DNA of 64,000 nucleotides from a virus (IMGVR_UViG_3300023710_000192); one strand, 5' to 3'; shown: positions 47,006 through 56,530, numbered from the stretch's first letter. The notes: a model not told the origin generated them from the sequence alone. Translations and numbers: made by a program.

Positions 47006-47539
47006 ATGAAAATACAAATTAGAAAAGGTTGTTTCGAGACAAATAGTTCAAGTACACATGCAATATGTATATCAAGAGATAATGTAAATATTGATGATTT
47101 GCCTAAACATATTACCTTTACTCATGGTGAGTTTGGATGGGAAGCAGAAGTGTATGATGGTACATGGGAAAAAGCATCTTATTTATATCAGGCCATTTGT
47201 GATTGTTGCTATGACAATGAAAACGAATTGCGAGAAAAGTTAGAGCAACTTGAAAGATTGTTGGCTACATATGGAATAGAATGTGATTTTGAACCAGAAA
47301 GGAAAAACGTCTGGGGTAGCGGTTATATAGATCATGGTTATGAGACAATTGACTTTGTTGATGCCGTATTAAAAGATCCGGATAAACTTATGCGATATTT
47401 ATTTAATGATTCTATTATTATAACAGGAAATGATAACGATGATTGGTTTGAGGAATATATGTATAACGAACCATATCAGTATCCACAAACTTACAAAGAT
47501 GAATTTAAAAAATATGAAATATTTAAGAAAGGAAATTGA
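47006..47539 (+). CDS. hypothetical protein, family with N-terminal (R/K)G.FETNSSSTH motif (paralog 1)
   Basis: MKIQIRKGCFETNSSSTHAI; a tandem paralog follows. Confidence 0.5.
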   Translation: MKIQIRKGCFETNSSSTHAICISRDNVNIDDLPKHITFTHGEFGWEAEVYDGTWEKASYLYQAICDCCYDNENELREKLEQLERLLATYGIECDFEPERKNVWGSGYIDHGYETIDFVDAVLKDPDKLMRYLFNDSIIITGNDNDDWFEEYMYNEPYQYPQTYKDEFKKYEIFKKGN

Positions 47540-47542
47540 TTT

Positions 47543-47941
47543 ATGAAGAAACAAATTAGAAGAGGTGTATTTGAAACTAATTCATCGAGTACACATTCAA
47601 TCACAATGATGATGAAAGAAGATTACGACAAGTGGGAAAAAGAAAATTTATATCTATTTGATGGAAATGGTAACCATTTTCCTAAAGAATGTCGTCCGGA
47701 AATTGGTAAGATGTATACAAAGGAAGAAGTAATTGATTTTTTAAAGGCTCATGACAGAAAATATGAATACGAGTATTTTGATTACGAGAATAATGAAGAA
47801 GAATTTGATGATGTACGACGAGATGAAGAATTCAAACTTATTGAAGAAGGAAATGAATACTTAGAAGGTTATTATAAAGAGTTTACTACTCCTAGTGGAG
47901 AAACAGTAGTAGCATTTGGAGAATATGGATACGAAGGTTAA
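47543..47941 (+). CDS. hypothetical protein, same FETNSSSTH family (paralog 2)
   Basis: MKKQIRRGVFETNSSSTHSI. Confidence 0.5.
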   Translation: MKKQIRRGVFETNSSSTHSITMMMKEDYDKWEKENLYLFDGNGNHFPKECRPEIGKMYTKEEVIDFLKAHDRKYEYEYFDYENNEEEFDDVRRDEEFKLIEEGNEYLEGYYKEFTTPSGETVVAFGEYGYEG

Positions 47942-47953
47942 TGAGGTAAATAT

Positions 47954-48862
47954 ATGTTATTAGGGAAATATAAGAACGGAACATATTATGTTTCTATATA
48001 TGACGACGGAACCAAAATAAGAACTGCACCAAACGATGAATTTATTCCTGATTTTTCAGAGTCGTGCGATGTTACTATCACAGAGTATTGCGATGGTGGT
48101 TGTGCTTGGTGCTATGCTGGTTGTTCATTAGATGGTAAACATTGTGATTTTAATAAATATGATAAATTGTTGGATTCACTTCATCCGTACACTGAGTTGG
48201 CAATAAATGGCAACGATCTTACACACCCACAATTAATTCAGTTTCTTGAGAAAATGCAGCAGAAAAAGATTATTGTTAGCATGACAGTTAATCAGATGCA
48301 TTTTGAAAAGAATATTGAATTATTGCGTGATTTATGTAATAAGAAGTTAATTTATGGGTTAGGTATTTCATTAAGAAATGCCAATAAAGAGTTTGTTAAA
48401 TTGGTACAAGAGTTTCCAAATGCGGTAATTCATATAATTAATGGATTATTTACGCCAGATGAATACGAAGTTCTTAAAAATAATAACTTAAAAGTATTGA
48501 TTCTAGGGTACAAACAAATAGGTCGTGGCGTTGATTGGTATAAACAGGATAATATTAATATTACTAATAATCAAAAATGGTTAACGGATATATTACCCAA
48601 TATAATTAATGATTTTAAGGTTGTTAGTTTTGACAATTTATCATTAAAACAATTAGAAGTGCGTAGATTAATGTCTACTGATGAATGGGAACAATTTTAC
48701 ATGGGAAACGATGCAACGTTTACCTACTTTATTAATCTTGTTCAGGATTATTTTGCACCAAGTTCATTATCTGATAAACATTATCCAATTAACAATATGA
48801 ATATAGATGAGATGTTTAAAATTATAAGGAATAACAATAGGGTAGAAAATAGTAAAAATTGA
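47954..48862 (+). CDS. radical SAM protein (possible glycyl-radical activase / NrdG-like)
   Basis: CDGGCAWCY = CxxxCxxC with an aromatic before the third Cys, followed by an ELAINGNDLT glycine-rich SAM-binding-like motif; the only rSAM in a window that contains nrdD. Confidence 0.5.
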   Translation: MLLGKYKNGTYYVSIYDDGTKIRTAPNDEFIPDFSESCDVTITEYCDGGCAWCYAGCSLDGKHCDFNKYDKLLDSLHPYTELAINGNDLTHPQLIQFLEKMQQKKIIVSMTVNQMHFEKNIELLRDLCNKKLIYGLGISLRNANKEFVKLVQEFPNAVIHIINGLFTPDEYEVLKNNNLKVLILGYKQIGRGVDWYKQDNINITNNQKWLTDILPNIINDFKVVSFDNLSLKQLEVRRLMSTDEWEQFYMGNDATFTYFINLVQDYFAPSSLSDKHYPINNMNIDEMFKIIRNNNRVENSKN

Positions 48863-48875
48863 AGGAGTAATATAC

Positions 48876-49526
48876 ATGGAATACAACAAACTTGTAAATC
48901 AGGATTGTATGGAATATATGAAAAATATTGGTGCGGGGGGGGTAGAACTCACCTTAACTGATATACCATACGGAGAAGTAAACAGAGATAGTAATGGTTT
49001 GAGAGAGTTAGATAAAGGTGCAGCAGATGTAATGATTTTCAATATACAAGATTTCCTTGATGAAATATATAGGATAACTCGAAGTACAATTATTATTTTC
49101 TGTGGCAAAGAACAATTATCTGAAATACATAGGTATTTTTCTGACAAACAAAAACAACAAAAAGGTACTGTTAGACAGTTAATTTGGAGAAAAACTAATC
49201 CGTCTCCTATGAATGGACAGAATATTTATTTATCAGGCATTGAAAATGCCGTGTGGTTCAAGAAACGTGGTGGCACATTTAATGCATATTGTAAGAATAC
49301 TGTTTTTGATTATCCATGCGGTAGAAGTAAAATACACCCAACGGAGAAAAATCATGAGTTGTTAAAAGAATTAATACTTGATAACTCAAATGAAGGAGAT
49401 GTTATATTTGATCCTTGTGCCGGAAGCGGTAGTCATTTGTTGGTTGCTAAAGAAAATAATAGACAATGGTTAGGTTGTGAGATTAATAACGAGTGGTTTG
49501 ATGTGGCTAGAAATAGGTTGAAATAA
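48876..49526 (+). CDS. beta-class N6A/N4C DNA methyltransferase
   Basis: N-terminal LVNQDCMEYMKNI...VELTLTDIPYG (motif IV D-I-P-Y) and C-terminal FDPCAGSGSHLLVAKENNRQWLGCEIN (motif I); circularly permuted order typical of the beta group. Confidence 0.65.
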   Translation: MEYNKLVNQDCMEYMKNIGAGGVELTLTDIPYGEVNRDSNGLRELDKGAADVMIFNIQDFLDEIYRITRSTIIIFCGKEQLSEIHRYFSDKQKQQKGTVRQLIWRKTNPSPMNGQNIYLSGIENAVWFKKRGGTFNAYCKNTVFDYPCGRSKIHPTEKNHELLKELILDNSNEGDVIFDPCAGSGSHLLVAKENNRQWLGCEINNEWFDVARNRLK

Positions 49527-49560
49527 TATATCACCACAGTGATACTTGAAAGGAGATAAT

Positions 49561-49956
49561 ATGGAGAATTTTAAGACTTGGAATGCAAAAATTACAAATG
49601 TTTCGTTATCTATGAGAGATCATGGTTGCTTAACATTTAATATTACACTTGATGGCGATGGTATAGGATGCGTTTTTGGTGGTTATGTATTAGGTCATGG
49701 GTATGTAGGAGCAAAAGAGTTCAAGGGTTCTGCCGCTGGGATGGAGTGTTTGATGCATATTATGGATACATTAGAAGTTGACAGATGGGAAGATTTAAAA
49801 GGTCAATATGTGCGTGTTCGAGATGGGAGCTGGGGCAGTAGTGTTACATGTATCGGGCATATTATCAAAGATAAATGGTTTGATATTGAAGAGTTTTTTG
49901 AAGAAGAAAAGAAAAAGCAACCAAAGAAAACATTACCAAAAATGGAGGCAATATGA
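49561..49956 (+). CDS. hypothetical protein
   Basis: ATG after AAAGGAGATAAT. Confidence 0.45.
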   Translation: MENFKTWNAKITNVSLSMRDHGCLTFNITLDGDGIGCVFGGYVLGHGYVGAKEFKGSAAGMECLMHIMDTLEVDRWEDLKGQYVRVRDGSWGSSVTCIGHIIKDKWFDIEEFFEEEKKKQPKKTLPKMEAI

Positions 49957-50249
49957 AACGACAAACAAAGATATTAGTAAATAAAATTAAATGTAAGAAA
50001 TGCGGAGATGTTATAGAAAGCAAGAATGTTCATGATTTCGTCGGATGTACTTGTTTTAAAAATACTAAAGGTAGAGAAGGTTGTGCAGTAGATGGTGGAC
50101 ATGAGTATCTGAGAAGATGTTTTGAATTGCCGGATATATATGAGGATTTATCTGAAACACGACCATTCACTGATAAAGAACAAGAAGAATATGAAAATAG
50201 GTTATATGGATTTTGTTATTATGATGAGTATGATCCTACTGATATGTAG
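49953..50249 (+). CDS. zinc-ribbon hypothetical protein
   Basis: CKKCGD...CTC...C. Confidence 0.4.
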   Translation: MKRQTKILVNKIKCKKCGDVIESKNVHDFVGCTCFKNTKGREGCAVDGGHEYLRRCFELPDIYEDLSETRPFTDKEQEEYENRLYGFCYYDEYDPTDM

Positions 50250-50263
50250 TTGATATAAAGTAA

Positions 50264-50336
50264 AGGGGTATCGCCAAGCGGTAAGGCACAGGACTTTGAC
50301 TCCTGCATTCGCCAGTTCGAATCTGGCTACCCCTGT
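50264..50336 (+). tRNA. tRNA-Gln (anticodon UUG)
   Basis: AGGGGTA/TACCCCT acceptor stem; D-arm GCC-AAGCGGTAA-GGC; anticodon stem CAGGA/TCCTG with loop CTTTGAC (UUG); T-arm GCCAG-TTCGAAT-CTGGC; discriminator G; no encoded CCA. Confidence 0.8.
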
Positions 50337-50355
50337 TTGTCGGCAGAGCCGATGT

Positions 50356-50478
50356 TGCGTGGTGGCGGAATAGGTAAACGAATAGCAATATTGAGCAAAA
50401 AGGTCGTAAAGTACACCGTAAGTACAGGCGAGGTCGATAACTCTAAGACCATGTAAGGTGCAAATCCTTACCCATGCA
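50356..50478 (+). ncRNA. possible second tRNA-like element with a large internal insertion
   Basis: TGCGTGG/CCATGCA 7-bp acceptor-like pairing (one GU) and GTAAGG-TGCAAAT-CCTTAC T-arm-like hairpin flanking about 90 nt of non-tRNA sequence; no convincing D-arm. Confidence 0.2.
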
Positions 50479-50506
50479 ATATCAAAAATGAAAGTGAGGT
50501 TTTATT

Positions 50507-50689
50507 ATGCAGCCTGAAACAGACTTGGAAAAGTTTAAAAGATTATTCCGAGAAGTTGGAATTGAGTTTTTTTCAAGAGATCTATTAAGTGGTAATACAG
50601 AACTATGCGTTAAAGAAGATGATAAATGTACGATACTTGCCGTGTTTGATACCCTAACTGGTAAGTATATTGAATTTGAAGCTTATTAA
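50507..50689 (+). CDS. hypothetical small protein
   Basis: GTGAGG RBS. Confidence 0.4.
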   Translation: MQPETDLEKFKRLFREVGIEFFSRDLLSGNTELCVKEDDKCTILAVFDTLTGKYIEFEAY

Positions 50690-50700
50690 GGAGTGGTTTA

Positions 50701-51282
50701 ATGGGAACTAATTATTATTTTAAAACAAAGAGTAAGAGATTAGTCAAAAAATATTTTGCTCAAAGTGACGATTATTGTACTTGGGCCGCAGAATATACTC
50801 TTGAAGATGAACCATATTTTCATTACGAGATACATTTAAATAAGTGTAGTTGCGGTTGGAGAACGTTATTTCAGAAACACAAGTGCTTTAGTAGTTTTAA
50901 GGAGTTGGAAGAGTTTTATTTTAAACATCAGAGATACTTGAAAATATTTAATGAATATGGGGAAGAATTCACTTGGAATGATTACAAAGATCGAGTAATA
51001 GGACATTCAGATAGAGAACCGGAACCAGTTAAGTGGGTATATGATATTTTTGATTTCGATAGACATTTTATGGATAACCCACGAAAAACGCTACATACTG
51101 TTAAATGTAAACCTAAAGAGGCTGATTTATGGATTCCTTTTAATCATAAAGAGTATTTTAAATCACAAGTAGAAGCGAGAAATAGATTAGGTGCATGGGA
51201 TTTATACGTACATGATTATACGCCAAAATATTGGAATGATCCTGATTATAAAGTAGATTGGACGGAAGGAGAGTTTTGTTAA
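50701..51282 (+). CDS. hypothetical protein
   Basis: AAGGAGTGG RBS. Confidence 0.45.
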   Translation: MGTNYYFKTKSKRLVKKYFAQSDDYCTWAAEYTLEDEPYFHYEIHLNKCSCGWRTLFQKHKCFSSFKELEEFYFKHQRYLKIFNEYGEEFTWNDYKDRVIGHSDREPEPVKWVYDIFDFDRHFMDNPRKTLHTVKCKPKEADLWIPFNHKEYFKSQVEARNRLGAWDLYVHDYTPKYWNDPDYKVDWTEGEFC

Positions 51283-51614
51283 TGCCAACAGCAGGTGGAG
51301 ATTATTTTAATTTAAATGATTATTGCGACAGATTTTTTACATCGTTATATGGTTCTATAGAGGACGAAGAAGAAACGTTGTGGAAAGATGTATATGTATG
51401 GGAATGGGAAGAAATACTAGAAGAGTTTGAGGCTTATTTAGCATTTTGTAAAAAAGCAGAATACTATCCAACATATAATGATTTTACGTTTCATTTACTT
51501 TATATAGAGTATATGAAGATAGGTAATTTTAATGGTGATATTAGAAAAAATCAAGAGTTTCTTGATTTGGCTTTAGAAATGCACGAAGAGGTAATTAAAT
51601 ATTTGACTAATTAA
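51282..51614 (+). CDS. hypothetical protein
   Basis: ATG overlapping the TAA stop (TAATG) after GGAAGGAG. Confidence 0.4.
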   Translation: MPTAGGDYFNLNDYCDRFFTSLYGSIEDEEETLWKDVYVWEWEEILEEFEAYLAFCKKAEYYPTYNDFTFHLLYIEYMKIGNFNGDIRKNQEFLDLALEMHEEVIKYLTN

Positions 51615-51642
51615 AACATAGTTTTATAAGGAGGTTTATAAG

Positions 51643-51945
51643 ATGTTAACACTTCCGATTAAAAAGAAATGGTTTGACATGATCTTGTCAGGTGAGAAAT
51701 TAATGGAATATCGGGACATTAAACCGTATTATACCAGTAGATTTAAGAGCGTTGGACTACTCGATGAAGACGAAAAACCAAGCGGTAAAACTACTCAGAT
51801 AGCCTTTAGAAATGGTTATAGTTCAAATTCTCCATCATTTATAGCGGATGTATATCTTGATATTGTATATGGTTATCGTCGTTGGGGCGGAGAACCGTCA
51901 AAATTATATTATGGCTTAGTAATATTAAAGATTAGAGACAGATAA
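51643..51945 (+). CDS. ASCH (PUA-like) domain protein
   Basis: MLTLPIKKKWFDMILSGEKLMEYRDIKP matches the ASCH N-terminal pattern (..Ik.pw...IlsGkKt.EyR). Confidence 0.55.
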   Translation: MLTLPIKKKWFDMILSGEKLMEYRDIKPYYTSRFKSVGLLDEDEKPSGKTTQIAFRNGYSSNSPSFIADVYLDIVYGYRRWGGEPSKLYYGLVILKIRDR

Positions 51946-52031
51946 ATCATAGATTTGTCGAGGTTGATTTGTATTATTGCCCACTTAATACATATAAAAA
52001 AGGATAATTAAAAAAGGACGAGGAATATATT

Positions 52032-55000
52032 ATGGATAATAATTATGTAGTATATCATTTACATACGATGCTATCTAACGGTATCACGAACATAGATTCG
52101 GTAACAAATTATCAAGAATATATAAACCATGCAGCTTCGCTTGATATGAAAGCTATTGCATTTAGCGAGCATGGTTCAGTTTTTGAATGGCTTAAGAAAA
52201 AAGAAGCCACTGAAAAAGCTGGTATGAAATATATTCATGCGGAAGAGTTCTATATTACTGAAACATTAGAAGATAAAATTAGAGATAATTATCATTGTGT
52301 TTTAATTGCGAAAAATTACGATGGAGTAAAAGAGTTAAATAAATTATCAAGTATTGCTTTTAATAGAAATGATAATCATTTCTATTATGCTCCAAGAATT
52401 TCATTTGATGAATTAATTAATACATCTAATAATATTATAATTTGCACAGCTTGTTTAGCTTCTATATTGGCATCAGATAATGGGTTATTAAAAGAAAAAT
52501 TTATATCTTTTTTAATGGATAATAAACATAGATGTTTCCTTGAAATTCAGCATCACAATGTAGAGGCACAGATTGAATATAATAAGATATTATACAAATT
52601 ATCACAATCAACAGAAATACCACTTATTGCCGGAACAGATACACACGCATTAAACAAAGAACACTTAGAAGCAAGAGCAATACTTCAACGTGCAAAGGAT
52701 ATATACTTTGATAACGAAGAAGGCTGGGATTTAAGTTTTAAGACGTATGATGAATTAATTGATGCATATAGTATTCAAAACGCCATTCCGTTAGACATAG
52801 TAAAAGAAGCCATTGATAATACAAATAAATTAGCAGATATGGTAGAAGAATTTTCTATTGACAGAAGTTATAAGTATCCTCATCTATGGGAAAATCCTGA
52901 GCGATTATTAAGAGATAAAATTATTCAAGGTATTAAAGATAAGGGCGTAGATAAATATCCGAATTATGAAGAATATCTTGATAGAATTGAATACGAAATG
53001 GAGGCATATAAACATAATAAAGCAATAGACTTTATGCTTCTTATGGAAGACGTTATTTCTTGGTGTAAATCTCAAGATATTCAAACCGGATACGGTAGAG
53101 GATCTGTAAATGGTAGTATTATTGCTTGGTTATTAGGAATAACTGAAATGGACAGTATTAAGTTTGGACTTAATTTTGAAAGGTTTATGAACGTCGAAAG
53201 GGTAAGTCTAAGCGATATAGATACAGATATACCGCCTAATAGAATTGATGAAGTAAAAGCTTATGTGTTTAATCATCATGGGTTATATTGCAGCGACATA
53301 GTTACATTTAATACAATAGCAGACAAGGGTGCTATAAGAGATATATGTCGTGCTTTATATGGCAACAAAGAAAAAGAAGTAAACGAACAGCGTAATGGAG
53401 AATATTTAAAAATCTCAGAAAAACTATGTTCAGCAGTTGATAACGATGAGGAATATAAAAAGGTAAGAGAGCAGTATCCAGAAGTTTTTAAGTATGTAGA
53501 CTTAGTTAAAGGTTGTGTTGTTTCAGTTGGAAATCACCCATGCGGAATGATAGTATCTCCTACACCCATTAATGATGCGATGGGATTGTTTACGACATCA
53601 ACAGATCAATTTCCTATAAGTCAGCTTTATATGAAGGAAGTTGACAGTATGAATTATGTTAAACTCGATTTATTGAAACTTGATACAATACAATTAATTA
53701 ATGATACTTGTAGATTGGCTGGTATACCTATGATATTACCAGATAATTTAGATATATATGATGATAATGTATGGGATTCAATTAGAGATGATACTACTTC
53801 AATATTTCAGTGGGAATCAAATACTGGTCAAGATTATATTAAAAAGTTATTGTCTAATTCTACTATCAGCAAGTTTAAAGATGCAGGTTTAGAAATTGAT
53901 AAAATGACGTTATTAAGTATAGGAAACTCAGCAATAAGACCTGCTGGTGCATCGTATAGAAATGATTTAGCAAATGGCGTTGTTAGAACGACTGGTTCTA
54001 AGCCTATCGATGACTTTTTATCTAACACATTTGGTTACTTAGTGTTTCAGTGTCAAATAATTGATTTTCTACATCAGTATTGTGGTTTTACAATGGGAGA
54101 GGCCGACATAGTAAGACGTGGTTTTGCAAAAAAAACTGGCACAGATCAATTTATACCGGTCATTAAGAATGGTGGATATTTGAATGATAATAAGAGCCAT
54201 TATATTAATGGTTATATAAAGACTATGGAAGATAAATATGGCATTGCAAAAGAAAAATCTGAACAAGACATTATTTCATTTATTCAAGTTATTGAAGATG
54301 CTAGTTCATATTTATTTTCGTTAAACCATTCACAACCATATAGTTTTATGGGATATGCTTGTGGATATTTAAGATACTATTATCCTACTGAATTTATTAC
54401 AAGTTGTCTCAATATCAACAAAGACAATAATGATAAAACTGCAGCAGTAACGAAATATGCAAAATCGGTAGGAATTAATATTGTACCAATAAAGTTTGGG
54501 CATTCACGAGCTGATTATTCATGTGATGCATCTAATAAATTAATTTATAAAGGTGTTGGTTCAGTTAAATATCTTAATTCCAATGTTGCCGAAGAATTAT
54601 ATGAACTATCAAAAACCAATACTTATAATAGCTTTATAGACTTATTACAAGATATATCAGATAACACTACTCTTAATTCAAAGCAGTTGAATATCCTTAT
54701 CAGACTTGATTATTTTTCGGAGTTTGGAGAAATAAACGAATTATTATTCTTGTCTGATCTATTCAGCAATTATTATGATAAGGGCAAATACAAAAGTAAA
54801 ATTAAAGCATCTAAATCTAATTTTAATCATGAACATATTATGAAATATACAGAGGAATATAAACCAGCAATTGTTAAAGAAGTTAACCTAGATGCAATGC
54901 GTAGTAAGTTGCCACCAAATAGAGTACAAGAGTTTGATGATCTCATTGAACAAAGCACAAGACATAAAAAAGATGGTACACCAAATGGCATTAATTACGA

Positions 55001-55508
55001 GAAGTTCTTTAAGATATCCAATGTTCCCGAAGATATTAAACAGCAATATGCCACCAAAATATCTGAGGCAGAATATATCAATGTTGATATGTATAGATTA
55101 CTTACGAAATTAGAGTATAAAGGAATGCCACGAAGAATCAAAGATATAATCAAAGATCAACAAGAGTTTTTATCGTATGTTGATTATGTGAATCCAGAGG
55201 CTAACCCTAGACAGATTGTGGTAACAGGACTTAATGCAACGTATTCTCCGACATTCAAAGCTTATTGTATTAAGAATGGTGATATATGTGAGATGAAGGT
55301 ACATAAGAGTAGAGCACCAAAGGATAAAACCGTAATAACCGCATATAATAATAAACCATTTGAAGAAGGCGATGTATTGTATATGAAAAAATGTCAGAAG
55401 AAACCTAAATACCGAAAAGACGGTATCAAACCAGACGGTAAGCCTAATTTTGTAGAGGTGCCGGGCGAATATGTTTGGTGGATAAATGACTACGATATAA
55501 TACAATAG
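52032..55508 (+). CDS. DNA polymerase III alpha subunit (DnaE/PolC-type, PHP domain + polymerase core)
   Basis: N-terminal PHP motif VVYHLHTMLSNG...AIAFSEHGSVFEW; 1158 aa, typical DnaE size; no intein evident. Confidence 0.75.
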   Translation: MDNNYVVYHLHTMLSNGITNIDSVTNYQEYINHAASLDMKAIAFSEHGSVFEWLKKKEATEKAGMKYIHAEEFYITETLEDKIRDNYHCVLIAKNYDGVKELNKLSSIAFNRNDNHFYYAPRISFDELINTSNNIIICTACLASILASDNGLLKEKFISFLMDNKHRCFLEIQHHNVEAQIEYNKILYKLSQSTEIPLIAGTDTHALNKEHLEARAILQRAKDIYFDNEEGWDLSFKTYDELIDAYSIQNAIPLDIVKEAIDNTNKLADMVEEFSIDRSYKYPHLWENPERLLRDKIIQGIKDKGVDKYPNYEEYLDRIEYEMEAYKHNKAIDFMLLMEDVISWCKSQDIQTGYGRGSVNGSIIAWLLGITEMDSIKFGLNFERFMNVERVSLSDIDTDIPPNRIDEVKAYVFNHHGLYCSDIVTFNTIADKGAIRDICRALYGNKEKEVNEQRNGEYLKISEKLCSAVDNDEEYKKVREQYPEVFKYVDLVKGCVVSVGNHPCGMIVSPTPINDAMGLFTTSTDQFPISQLYMKEVDSMNYVKLDLLKLDTIQLINDTCRLAGIPMILPDNLDIYDDNVWDSIRDDTTSIFQWESNTGQDYIKKLLSNSTISKFKDAGLEIDKMTLLSIGNSAIRPAGASYRNDLANGVVRTTGSKPIDDFLSNTFGYLVFQCQIIDFLHQYCGFTMGEADIVRRGFAKKTGTDQFIPVIKNGGYLNDNKSHYINGYIKTMEDKYGIAKEKSEQDIISFIQVIEDASSYLFSLNHSQPYSFMGYACGYLRYYYPTEFITSCLNINKDNNDKTAAVTKYAKSVGINIVPIKFGHSRADYSCDASNKLIYKGVGSVKYLNSNVAEELYELSKTNTYNSFIDLLQDISDNTTLNSKQLNILIRLDYFSEFGEINELLFLSDLFSNYYDKGKYKSKIKASKSNFNHEHIMKYTEEYKPAIVKEVNLDAMRSKLPPNRVQEFDDLIEQSTRHKKDGTPNGINYEKFFKISNVPEDIKQQYATKISEAEYINVDMYRLLTKLEYKGMPRRIKDIIKDQQEFLSYVDYVNPEANPRQIVVTGLNATYSPTFKAYCIKNGDICEMKVHKSRAPKDKTVITAYNNKPFEEGDVLYMKKCQKKPKYRKDGIKPDGKPNFVEVPGEYVWWINDYDIIQ

Positions 55509-55526
55509 TAAAAATTGACGGAGTAC

Positions 55527-55555
55527 TTGACATATGTCCCCTAGTATGATATACT
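55527..55555 (+). promoter_or_regulatory. sigmaA-type promoter TTGACA-17-TATACT embedded in the polymerase terminator hairpin
   Basis: consensus -35, 17-nt spacer, -10 TATACT located in the hairpin loop. Confidence 0.45.
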
Positions 55556-55580
55556 ATTCTTTACTAGGGGACATTTTTTA
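55535..55580 (+). terminator. rho-independent terminator after the DNA polymerase gene
   Basis: 13-bp stem ATGTCCCCTAGTA ... TACTAGGGGACAT followed by TTTTTT. Confidence 0.6.
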
Positions 55581-55710
55581 TTGCTGATAATAGTAAAAAT
55601 TGATAGGAAGGTGGCGTTGTGTTGATAATCAAATGTGTTATTGGATTCATTATTGGTTGGTGCATATTTGGAATATTTGCACTTTTTAAAGCGAATGGTG
55701 GTGATAATGG

Positions 55711-56268
55711 TTGATATATATAGATTTTGACGGTGTAATAGCGTCAACAATTGAAACGATTTGTGATTTATATAATTACGATTTTCAATATTATTCAAAT
55801 TATAAGAGAATTAACTGGTGGGATGTTGATACTTGGGAGTTTATAGAATTGAATTGTACGACTCCTGAATACATAGACCAGTATTTTAATCAGCCGAGGT
55901 TTTTTGACAATCTTAAACTTATCCCTAACGCAGAGTTTGCCATTCAAATACTTTTATCTAAATATGATGTATGTATTGTATCTATGGGAAATCCTGCAAA
56001 TCTATTGCTTAAAGAAAAGTATATAAGATCGCATCCTATTTTGAGACGTTGTAAATTCATAGGGTGTATGTTCAAAAATCATAAAGATAAATCTCATATT
56101 GATATGTCGAATGATATATTTATAGACGATTTAGCAAGTAACTTAGAAACGAGTAATGCCAAAACAAAAATATGTTTCGGAGATGATTACTCATGGAATA
56201 AAGATTATACCGGTGCAAGATGTTACAACTGGTATGACGTATTGAGGTATTTGAAGTTGATAACATGA
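55711..56268 (+). CDS. HAD-superfamily 5'(3')-deoxyribonucleotidase-like protein (TTG start)
   Basis: N-terminal IYIDFDGVIA = HAD motif I DxDG(T/V); about 185 aa, like NT5C-type phage nucleotidases. Confidence 0.55.
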   Translation: MIYIDFDGVIASTIETICDLYNYDFQYYSNYKRINWWDVDTWEFIELNCTTPEYIDQYFNQPRFFDNLKLIPNAEFAIQILLSKYDVCIVSMGNPANLLLKEKYIRSHPILRRCKFIGCMFKNHKDKSHIDMSNDIFIDDLASNLETSNAKTKICFGDDYSWNKDYTGARCYNWYDVLRYLKLIT

Positions 56269-56507
56269 TTTACAAAATAAGGTTAAACAGCATAGAAAAG
56301 GTTAAGATATTCTGTGATGCTGCAGAAAAGGTTGATGCGGAAATATATGTTAGGCAAGGGGAATATGATGTACTTGCAACATCAATCATGGGTATATTTA
56401 GTCTTAACCTACTCGAAGAATTAGAACTGGTTATTGAACCTAATACTAAAGTCGGAGAGATAAACGAGTTTATTAATACCCTTAATAAAAAGGGTTTGAT
56501 AATATAA
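56265..56507 (+). CDS. hypothetical protein
   Basis: ATGA overlap. Confidence 0.4.
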   Translation: MIYKIRLNSIEKVKIFCDAAEKVDAEIYVRQGEYDVLATSIMGIFSLNLLEELELVIEPNTKVGEINEFINTLNKKGLII

Positions 56508-56530
56508 TAAAAATTGACGGAGGTTTTGAT

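Noticed and set aside
47954-48862. Radical SAM protein as QueE (7-deazaguanine pathway)
   Set aside because: No QueC, QueD, FolE or DpdA-like genes are present in the window, and the motif context resembles activase-type rSAM more than QueE. It is kept as a generic radical SAM protein.
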